From the NCBI RefSeq assembly GCF_009914755.1, contig NC_060929.1: DNA of 64,000 bases. One strand, 5' to 3'. This document shows, in pieces, positions 1 to 10,700 of this stretch (its first letter is position 1; each line of letters opens with the position of its first letter). The position numbers were made by a program, and so were the translations under genes. The notes beneath the pieces were generated by a model. The model ran no database searches. It was not told where the DNA came from and saw only the letters and a program-made list of their open reading frames with translations. This DNA comes from the human T2T-CHM13v2.0 reference genome, Homo sapiens.

Positions 1-34
1 AATGAAATATCTTCACATACAAACTAGACAGAAG

Positions 35-1229
35 CATTCTCAGAAACTGCTTTGTGATGTGTGCATTTAAGTCACAGACTTGAAACTTCCTTTATGTAGA
101 GCAGTGTTGAAACACACTTTTTGTATAATCTACATGTGTTCTTTGGAGTGCTTTGCTGCCTATGTTGGAAAAAGAAATATCTTCACATAAAAACTAGACA
201 GAAGCATTCTCAGAAACTCCTTTGTGATGGGTTTGTTCAATTCACATTGTTGAACCTTTCTTTTGATACAGCAGTGTTGAAACAAACATTTTGTAGAATC
301 TGCAAGGGTTCATTTCAAATGCTTTGTGGCCTAAGTTGGAAAAAGTGATATCTTCACCTAAAAAATAGACAGAAGCATTCTCAGGAACTGCTTTGTAATA
401 TGTGCATTCAACTCACAGAGTTGAACCTTCCTTTTGAGAGAGCGGTTTTGAAACAGTCTTTTTGTAGTATCTGCAAGTGGATATTTGGAGCGATTTGAGG
501 TCTAAGAAGGAAAAGGAAGTACCTTCAAATAAAAACTAGACAGAAGCTTTCTCAGAAACTGCTTTGTGATGTGCGCATTTAACTCAAAGTCTTGATCCTT
601 ACTTTTGTTAGAGCAGTGTTGAAACACACTTTTTGTAGAACCTGGTAGTGTTCATTTGGAGAGACTTTTTGCCTATGGTGGAAAAAGGATTATCTTCTCT
701 TAAAAACTAGACAGAAGCATTCTTAGAAACTGCTTTGTGATGTGTGCATTCAACTCACAGAGTTGAACCTTCCATTTGAGAGAGCAGTGTTGAAACAGTC
801 TTTTTGTAGTATCTGCAAGTGGATATTTGGAGCGATTTGAGGCCTATGATGGAAAAGGAAATATCTTCACATACAAACTAGACAGAAGCATTCTCAGAAA
901 CTGCTTTGTGATGTGTGCATTCAACCCACAGAGTTGAACCTTCCTTTTGAGAGAGCAGTGTTGAAATGGTCTTTTGTAGTATCTGCAAGTGGATATTTGG
1001 AGCGATTTGAGGCCTATGATGGAAAAGGAAATATCTTCACATACAAACTAGACAGAAGCATTCTCAGAAACTGCTTTGTGATGTTTGCATTCAACTCACA
1101 GAGTTGAACCTTCCTTTTGAGAGAGAAGTTTTGAAACAGTCTTTTTGTAGTATTTGCAAGTGGATATTTGGAGCGATTTGTGGAGTATGGTGGAAAATGA
1201 AATATCTTCACATACAAACTAGACAGAAA
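35..1229 (+). repeat. 7-mer HOR structural variant (m1-m4, m5/6 hybrid, m7, m8/15 hybrid); no CENP-B box
   Basis: m1 starts at 35 and 1230 (1195 bp apart). The monomer at 718 begins CATTCTTAG (m5) but continues with the m6 marker CCTTCCATTTG. The monomer at 1059 follows m7 yet carries m15 markers (GAGAAGTTTTG, TGGAGTATGGTGG). Confidence 0.9.
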
Positions 1230-3060
1230 CATTGTCAGAAACTGCTTTGTGATGTGTGCATTTAAGTCACAGACTTGAAACTTCCTTTAGGTAGAGCAGT
1301 GTTGAAACACACTTTTTGTATTATCTACAATTGTTCTTTGGAGTGCTTTGTTGCCTATGTTGGAGAAAGAAATATCTTCACATAAAAACTAGACAGAAGC
1401 ATTCTTAGAAACTCCTTTGTGATGGGTGTGTTCAATTCACATTGTTGAACCTTTCTTTTGATACAGCAGTGTTGAAACAAACATTTTGTAGAATCTGCAA
1501 GTGTTCATTTCAAATGCTTTGTGGCCTATGTTGGAAAAAGTGATATATTCACCTAAGAAATAGACAAAAGCATTCTCAGGAACTGCTTTGTAATATGTGC
1601 ATTCAACTCACAGAGTTGAACCTTCCTTTTGAGAGAGCGGTTTTGAAACAGTCTTTTTGTAGTATCTGCAAGTGGATATTTGGAGCGATTTGAGGTCTAA
1701 GAAGGAAAAGGAAGTACCTTCAAATAAAAACTAGACAGAAGCTTTCTCAGAAACTGCTTTGTGATGTGCGCATTTAACTCAAAGTCTTGATCCTTACTTT
1801 TGTTAGAGCAGTGTTGAAACACACTTTTTGTAGAAACTGGTAGTGTTCATTTGGAGAGATTTGTTGCCTATGGTGGAAAAAGGATTATCTTCTCTTAAAA
1901 ACTAGACAGAAGCATTCTTAGAAACTGCTTTGTGATGTGGGTGTTCAATTCACAGAGTTGAAACTTTCCTTTGACAGAGCAGGTTTGAAACACTGCTTCT
2001 GTAGAATCTGCTTGTGGATATTGGGAGCTCCTTGAGGAATACGTTGTAAAAGGCATATCTTCAGATACAAACTAGACAGAAGCATTCTCAGAAACTGCTT
2101 TGTGATGTGTGCATTCAACTCACAGAGTTGAACCTTCCATTTGAGAGAGCAGTGTTGAAACAGTCTTTTTGTAGTATCTTCAAGTGGATATTTGGAACGA
2201 TTTGAGGCCTATGATGGAAAAGGAAATATCTTCACATACAAACTAGACAGAAGCAATCTCAGAAACTGCTTTGTGATGTGTGCATTCAACCCACAGAGTT
2301 GAACCTTCCTTTTGAGAGAGCAGTGTTGAAACGGTCTTTTGTAGTATCTGCAAGTGGATATTTGGAGCGATTTGAGGCCTAGGATGGAAAAGGAAATATC
2401 TTCACATACAAACTAGACAGAAGCATTCTCAGAAACTGCTTTGTGATGTGTGCATTCAACCGACAGATTTGAACTTTCCTTTTGAAGGGGAGGTTTTGAA
2501 ACAGTCTTTTTGTAGTATCTGCAAGTGGATATTTGTGGTGACTTGGGGCCTCAGGTGGAAAAGGAAATACCTTCACATAGAAAGTAGACAGAAGTATTCT
2601 CAGAAACTCCATTGTGGTGTGTGCACTCAACTCACAGAGTTGAACCTTCCTTTTGAGAGAGCATTTTTGAAACAGTCTTTTTGTAACGTCTGCAGGTGGA
2701 TATTTGGAGCGATTCGTGTAGTATGATGGAAAAGGAAATATCTTCACATACAAACTAAACAGAAGCATTCTCAGAAACTTCTTGTGATGTGTGCATTCAC
2801 CTAACAGAGTGGAACCGTTCTTTTGATAGAGCAGTTTTGAATCAGTCTTTTGGTAGGACCTGCAAGTTTTCATTTGGAGCGCTTTGAAGCCCATGGTGGA
2901 ATAGGGACTATCTTCACAAAAAACTAGGTAGAAGCCTTCTCAGGAACTACATTGAGATGTGTGCATTCAACTAACAGAGTTGAAACTGTCTTTTGACAGA
3001 GGAGGAATGAAACACTCCTTTTGTAGTATCTGATTGTGTATATTTGGAACTCTTTGAGTT

Positions 3061-3077
3061 ATTCGTTGGAAACGGGT
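3061..3077 (+). other. CENP-B box in m11 (first of 23 copies)
   Basis: ATTCGTTGGAAACGGGT keeps all nine core bases of nTTCGnnnnAnnCGGGn. Copies start at 3061, 5619, 8177, 10735, 13293, 15851, 18409, 20967, 23525, 26083, 28641, 30520, 32909, 35469, 38030, 40587, 43144, 45702, 48260, 50306, 52864, 55422 and 57980. Confidence 0.93.
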
Positions 3078-4596
3078 ATCTTCACATAAAAAGTAGACCC
3101 AAGCATTCTCGGAAGGTTCTTTGTGATGTGTGCGTTCAACTCACAGACTTGAAACTTTCTTTTGATAGAGCAGTGTTGAAACACAGTTTTTGTAGAATCC
3201 ACAAGTATTCATTTGGAGCGCTTTGTTGCCTATGTGGGAAAAAGGAATATCTTCACTTAAAAACTAGACAGAAGCATTCTCTGAAACTCCTCTGTGAAGT
3301 GTGTGTTCAATTCACATCGTTGAACCTTTCTTTTGATGGAGCAGTGTTCAAACATACTTTTTGTAGAATCTGCAAGTGTCCATTTCGAGTTCTTTTGTGC
3401 GTATGTTGGAAAAAGTGATATCTTCACCTGAAAAATAGACAGAAGCATTCCAGAAACTGCTTTGTAACATGTGCATTCAACTCACAGTGTTGAACCTTCC
3501 TTTTGAGAGAGCGGTTTTGAAACGGTCTTTTTGTAGTATCCGCAAGTGGATATTTGCAGTGATTTGAGGCCGAAGAAGGAAAAGGAAATACCTTCAAATA
3601 AAAAACTAGACGGAAGCATTTTCGGAAACTGCCTTGTGATGTGTGCATTCAACTCACAGAGTTGAACCTTCCTTTTGAGAGAGAAGTTTTGAAACAGTCT
3701 TTTTGTAGTATTTGCAAGTGGATATTTGGAGCGATTTGTGGAGTATGTTGGAAAATGAAATATCTTCACATACAAACTAGACAGAAGCATTCTCAGAAAC
3801 TGCTTTGTGATGTGTGCATTTAAGTCACAGACTTGAAACTTCCTTTAGGTAGAGCAGTGTTGAAACACAGTTTTTGTATAATCTACAAGTGTTCTTTGGA
3901 GTGCTTTGTTGCCTATGTTGGAAAAAGAACTATCTTCACATAAAAACTAGACAGAAGCATTCTCAAAAACTCCTTTGTGATGGGTGTGTTCAATTCACAT
4001 TGTTGAACCTTTCTTTTGATACAGCAGTGTTGAAACAAACATTTTGTAGAATCTGCAAGTGTTCATTTCAAATGCTTTGTGGCCTATGTTGGAAAAAGTG
4101 ATATCTTCACCTAAAAAATAGACAGAAGCATTCTCAGGAACTGCTTTGTAATATGTGCATTCAACTCACAGAGTTGAACCTTCCTTTTGAGAGAGCGGTT
4201 TTGAAACAGTCTTTTTGTAGTATCTTCAAGTGGATATTTGGAGCGATTTGAGGTCTAAGAAGGAAAAGGAAGTACCTTCAAATAAAAACTAGACAGAAGC
4301 TTTCTCAGAAACTGCTTGGTGATGTGCACATTTAACTCAAAGTCTTGATCCTTACTTTTGTTAGAGCAGTGTTGAAACACACTTTTTGTAGAACCTGGTA
4401 GTGTTCATTTGGAGAGATTTGTTGCCTATGGTGGAAAAAGGATTATCTTCTCTTAAAAACTAGACAGAAGCATTCTTAGAAACTGCTTTGTGATGTGTGT
4501 GTTCAATTCACAGAGTGGAAACTTTCCTTTGACAGAGCAGGTTTGAAACTCTGCTTCTGTAGCATCTGCTTGTGGATATTGGGAGCTCCTTGAGGA

Positions 4597-4613
4597 ATAC
4601 GTTGTAAAAGGCA
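4597..4613 (+). other. Degenerate CENP-B box in B-type monomer m5 (representative copy)
   Basis: ATACGTTGTAAAAGGCA lies at the box position and aligns to CTTCGTTGGAAACGGGA. TTCG has become TACG and CGGG has become AGGC, so the core is broken. Confidence 0.75.
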
Positions 4614-4763
4614 TATCTTCACATACAAACTAGACAGAAGCATTCTCAGAAACTGCTTTGTGATGTGTGCATTCAACTCACAGAGTTGAACCTTCCATTT
4701 GAGAGAGCAGTGTTGAAACAGTCTTTTTGTAGTATCTTCAAGTGGATATTTGGAGCGATTTGA

Positions 4764-4784
4764 GGCCTATGATGGAAAAGGAAA
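4764..4784 (+). other. pJalpha-like (A-box) motif of A-type monomers (representative, m6)
   Basis: GGCCTATGATGGAAAAGGAAA sits at the box position and resembles the A-type alphoid motif CTAYGGTGRAAAAGGAA. Variants occur in most other monomers. Confidence 0.7.
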
Positions 4785-7700
4785 TATCTTCACATACAAA
4801 CTAGACAGAAGCATTCTCAGAAACTGCTTTGTGATGTGTGCATTCAACCCACAGAGTTGAACCTTCCTTTTGAGAGAGCAGTGTTGAAACGGTCTTTTGT
4901 AGTATCTGCAAGTGGATATTTGGAGCGATTTGAGGTCTATGATGGAAAAGGAAATATCTTCACATACAAACTAGACGGAAGCATTCTCAGAAACTGCTTT
5001 GTGATGTGTGCATTCAACCGACAGATTTGAACTTTCCTTTGGAGAGGGAGGTTTTGAAACAGTCTTTTTATAGTATCTGCAAGTGGATATTTGTAGTGAC
5101 TTGGGGCCTCAGGTGGAAAAGGAAATACCTTCACATACAAAGTAGACAGAAGTATTCTCAGAAACTCCATTGTGATGTGTGCACTCAACTCACAGAGTTG
5201 AACCTTCCTTTTGAGAGAGCAGTTTTGAAACAGTCTTTTTGTAACGTCTGCAGGTGGATATTTGGAGCGATTCGTGTAGTATGATGGAAAAGGAAATATC
5301 TTCACATACAAACTAAACAGAAGCATTCTCAGAAACTTCTTGTGATGTGTGCATTCACCTAACAGAGTGGAACCGTTCTTTTGATAGAGCAGTTTTGAAT
5401 CAGTCTTTTGGTAGGACCTGCAAGTTTTCATTTGGAGCGCTTTGAAGCCCATGGTGGAAAAGGGACTATCTTCACAAAAAACTAGGCAGAAGCCTTCTCA
5501 GGAACTTCATTGAGATGTGTGCATTCAACTAACAGAGTTGAAACTGTCTTTTGACAGAGGAGGAATGAAACACTCCTTTTGTAGTATCTGATTGTGTATA
5601 TTTGGAACTCTTTGAGTTATTCGTTGGAAACGGGTATCTTCACATAAAAAGTAGACCCAAGCATTCTCAGAAGGTCCTTTGTGATGTGTGCGTTCAACTC
5701 ACAGACTTGAAACTTTCTTTTGATAGAGCAGTGTTGAAACACAGTTTTTGTAGAATCCACAAGTATTCATTTGGAGCGCTTTGTTGCCTATGTGGGAAAA
5801 AGGAATATCTTCACTTAAAAACTAGACAGAAGCATTCTCTGAAACTCCTCTGTGAAGTGTGTGTTCAATTCACATCGTTGAACCTTTCTTTTGATGGAGC
5901 AGTGTTGAAACATACTTTTTGTAGAATCTGCAAGTGTCCATTTCGAGTTCTTTTGTGCGTATGTTGGAAAAAGTGATATCTTCACCTGAAAAATAGACAG
6001 AAGCATTCCAGAAACTGCTTTGTAACATGTGCATTCAACTCACAGTGTTGAACCTTCCTTTTGAGAGAGCGGTTTTGAAACAGTCTTTTTGTAGTATCTG
6101 CAAGTGGATATTTGCAGTGATTTGAGGCCGAAGAAGGAAAAGGAAATACCTTCAAATAAAAAACTAGACGGAAGCATTTTCGGAAACTGCCTTGTGATGT
6201 GTGCATTCAACTCACAGAGTTGAACCTTCCTTTTGAGAGAGAAGTTTTGAAACAGTCTTTTTGTAGTATTTGCAAGTGGATATTTGGAGTGATTTGTGGA
6301 GTATGGTGGAAAATGAAATATCTTCACATACAAACTAGACAGAAGCATTCTCAGAAACTGCTTTGTGATGTGTGCATTTAAGTCACAGACTTGAAACTTA
6401 CTTTAGGTAGAGCAGTGTTGAAACACACTTTTTGTATAATCTACAAGTGTTCTTTGGAGTGCTTTGTTGCCTATGTTGGAAAAAGAACTATCTTCACATA
6501 AAAACTAGACAGAAGCATTCTGAGAAACTCCTTTGTGATGGGTTTGTTCAATTCACATTGTTGAACCTTTCTTTTGATACAGCAGTGTTGAAACAAACAT
6601 TTTGTAGAATCTGCAAGTGTTCATTTCAAATGCTTTGTGGCCTATGTTGGAAAAAGTGATATCTTCACCTAAAAAATAGACAGAAGCATTCTCAGGAACT
6701 GCTTTGTAATATGTGCATTCAACTCACAGAGTTGAACCTTCCTTTTGAGAGAGCGGTTTTGAAACAGTCTTTTTGTAGTATCTGCAAGTGGATATTTGGA
6801 GCGATTTGAGGTCTAAGAAGGAAAAGGAAGTACCTTCAAATAAAAACTAGACAGAAGCTTTCTCAGAAACTGCTTTGTGATGTGTGCATTTAACTCAAAG
6901 TCTTGATCCTTACTTTTGTTAGAGCAGTGTTGAAACACACTTTTTGTAGAACCTGGTAGTGTTCATTTGGAGAGATTTGTTGCCTATGGTGGAAAAAGGA
7001 TTATCTTCTCTTAAAAACTAGACAGAAGCATTCTTAGAAACTGCTTTGTGATGTGTGTGTTCAATTCATAGAGTTGAAACTTTCCTTTGACAGAGCTGGT
7101 TTGAAACACTGCTTCTGTAGAATCTGCTTTTGGATATTGGGAGCTCCTTGAGGAATACGTTGTAAAAGGCATATCTTCACATACAAACTAGACAGAAGCA
7201 TTCTCAGAAACTGCTTTGTGATGTGTGCATTCAACTCACAGAGTTGAACCTTCCATTTGAGAGAGCAGTGTTGAAACAGTCTTTTTGTAGTATCTTCAAG
7301 TGGATATTTGGAGCGATTTGAGGCCTATGATGGAAAAGGAAATATCTTCACATACAAACTAGACAGAAGCATTCTCAGAAAGTGCTTTGTGATGTGTGCA
7401 TTCAACCCACAGAGTTGAACCTTCCTTTTGAGAGAGCAGTGTTGAAACGGTCTTTTGTAGTATCTGCAAGTGGATATTTGGAGCGATTTGAGGCCTATGA
7501 TGGAAAAGGAAATATCTTCACATACAAACTAGACAGAAGCATTCTCAGAAACTGCTTTGTGATGTGTGCATTCAACCGACAGATTTGAACTGTCCTTTTG
7601 AGAGGGAGGTTTTGAAACAGTCTTTTTGTAGTATCTGCAAGTGGATATTTGTAGTGACTTGGGGCCTCAGGTGGAAAAGGAAATACCTTCACATACAAAG

Positions 7701-10700
7701 TAGACAGAAGTATTCTCAGAAACTCCATTGTGATGTGTGCACTCAACTCACAGAGTTGAACCTTCCTTTTGAGAGAGCAGTTTTGAAACAGTCTTTTTGT
7801 AACGTCTGCAGGTGGATATTTGGAGCGATTCGTGTAGTATGATGGAAAAGGAAATATCTTCACATACAAACTAAACAGAAGCATTCTCAGAAACTTCTTG
7901 TGATGTGTGCATTCACCTAACAGAGTGGAACCGTTCTTTTGATAGAGCAGTTTTGAATCAGTCTTTTGGTAGGACCTGCAAGTTTTCATTTGGAGCGCTT
8001 TGAAGCCCATGGTGGAAAAGGGACTATCTTCACAAAAAACTAGGCAGAAGCCTTCTCAGGAACTTCATTGAGATGTGTGCATTCAACTAACAGAGTTGAA
8101 ACTGTCTTTTGACAGAGGAGGAATGAAACACTCCTTTTGTAGTATCTGATTGTGTATATTTGGAACTCTTTGAGTTATTCGTTGGAAACGGGTATCTTCA
8201 CATAAAAAGTAGACCCAAGCACTCTCAGAAGGTCCTTTGTGATGTGTGCGTTCAACTCACAGACTTGAAACTTTCTTTTGATAGAGCAGTGTTGAAACAC
8301 AGTTTTTGTAGAATCCACAAGTATTCATTTGGAGCGCTTTGTTGCCTATGTGGGAAAAAGGAATATCTTCACTTAAAAACTAGACAGAAGCATTCTCTGA
8401 AACTCCTCTGTGAAGTGTGTGTTCAATTCACATCGTTGAACCTTTCTTTTGATGGAGCAGTGTTGAAACATACTTTTTGTAGAATCTGCAAGTGTCCATT
8501 TCGAGTTCTTTTGTGCGTATGTTGGAAAAAGTGATATCTTCACCTGAAAAATAGACAGAAGCATTCCAGAAACTGCTTTGTAACATGTGCATTCAACTCA
8601 CAGTGTTGAACCTTCCTTTTGAGAGAGCGGTTTTGAAACAGTCTTTTTGTAGTATCTGCAAGTGGATATTTGCAGTGATTTGAGGCCGAAGAAGGAAAAG
8701 GAAATACCTTCAAATAAAAAACTAGACGGAAGCATTTTCAGAAACTGCCTTGTGATGTGTGCATTCAACTCACAGAGTTGAACCTTCCTTTTGAGAGAGA
8801 AGTTTTGAAACAGTCTTTTTGTAGTATTTGCAAGTGGATATTTGGAGTGATTTGTGGAGTATGGTGGAAAATGAAATATCTTCACATACAAACTAGACAG
8901 AAGCATTCTCAGAAACTGCTTTGTGATGTGTGCTTTTAAGTCACAGACTTGAAACTTCCTTTAGGTAGAGCAGTGTTGAAACACACTTTTTGTATAATCT
9001 ACAAGTGTTCTTTGGAGTGCTTTGTTGCCTATGTTGGAAAAAGAAATATCTTCACATAGAAACTAGACAGAAGCATTCTCAGAAACTCCTTTGTGATGGG
9101 TTTGTTCAATTCACATTGTTGAACCTTTCTTTTGATACAGCAGTGTTGAAACAAACATTTTGTAGAATCTGCAAGGGTTCATTTCAAATGCTTTGCGGCC
9201 TATGTTGGAAAAAGTGATATCTTCACCTAAAAAATAGACAGAAGCATTCTCAGGAACTGCTTTGTAATATGTGCATTCAACTCACAGAGTTGAACCTTCC
9301 TTTTGAGAGAGCGGTTTTGAAACAGTCTTTTTGTAGTATCTGCAAGTGGATATTTGGAGCGATTTGAGGTCTAAGAAGGAAAAGGAAGTACCTTCAAATA
9401 AAAACTAGACAGAAGCTTTCTCAGAAACTGCTTTGTGATGTGTGCATTTAACTCAAAGTCTTGATCCTTACTTTTGTTAGAGCAGTGTTGAAACACACTT
9501 TTTGTAGAACCTGGTAGTGTTCATTTGGAGAGATTTGTTGCCTATGGTGGAAAAAGGATTATCTTCTCTTAAAAACTAGACAGAAGCATTCTTAGAAACT
9601 GCTTTGTGATGTGTGTGTTCAATTCACAGAGTTGAAACTTTCCTTTGACAGAGCAGGTTTGAAACACTGCTTCTGTAGAATCTGCTTGTGGATATTGGGA
9701 GCTCCTTGAGGAATACGTTGTAAAAGGCATATCTTCACATACAAACTAGACAGAAGCATTCTCAGAAACTGCTTTGTGATGTGTGCATTCAACTCACAGA
9801 GTTGAACCTTCCATTTGAGAGAGCAGTGTTGAAACAGTCTTTTTGTAGTATCTTCAAGTGGATATTTGGAGCGATTTGAGGCCTATGATGGAAAAGGAAA
9901 TATCTTCACATACAAACTAGACAGAAGCATTCTCAGAAACTGCTTTGTGATGTGTGCATTCAACCCACAGAGTTGAACCTTCCTTTTGAGAGAGCAGTGT
10001 TGAAACGGTCTTTTGTAGTATCTGCAAGTGGATATTTGGAGCGATTTGAGGCCTATGATGGAAAAGGAAATATCTTCACATACAAACTAGACAGAAGCAT
10101 TCTCAGAAACTGCTTTGTGATGTGTGCATTCAACCGACAGATTTGAACTTTCCTTTTGAGAGGGAGGTTTTGAAACAGTCTTTTTGTAGTATCTGCAAGT
10201 GGATATTTGTAGTGACTTGGGGCCTCAGGTGGAAAAGGAAATACCTTCACATACAAAGTAGACAGAAGTATTCTCAGAAACTCCATTGTGATGTGTGCAC
10301 TCAACTCACAGAGTTGAACCTTCCTTTTGAGAGAGCAGTTTTGAAACAGTCTTTTTGTAACGTCTGCAGGTGGATATTTGGAGCGATTCGTGTAGTATGA
10401 TGGAAAAGGAAATATCTTCACATACAAACTAAACAGAAGCATTCTCAGAAACTTCTTGTGATGTGTGCATTCACCTAACAGAGTGGAACCGTTCTTTTGA
10501 TAGAGCAGTTTTGAATCAGTCTTTTGGTAGGACCTGCAAGTTTTCATTTGGAGCGCTTTGAAGCCCATGGTGGAAAAGGGACTATCTTCACAAAAAACTA
10601 GGCAGAAGCCTTCTCAGGAACTTCATTGAGATGTGTGCATTCAACTAACAGAGTTGAAACTGTCTTTTGACAGAGGAGGAATGAAACACTCCTTTTGTAG

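Noticed and set aside
5270-5286. ATTCGTGTAGTATGATG in m9 as an additional CENP-B box
   Set aside because: It has TTCG but lacks the correctly spaced A and CGGG, and it is followed by an A-type box.
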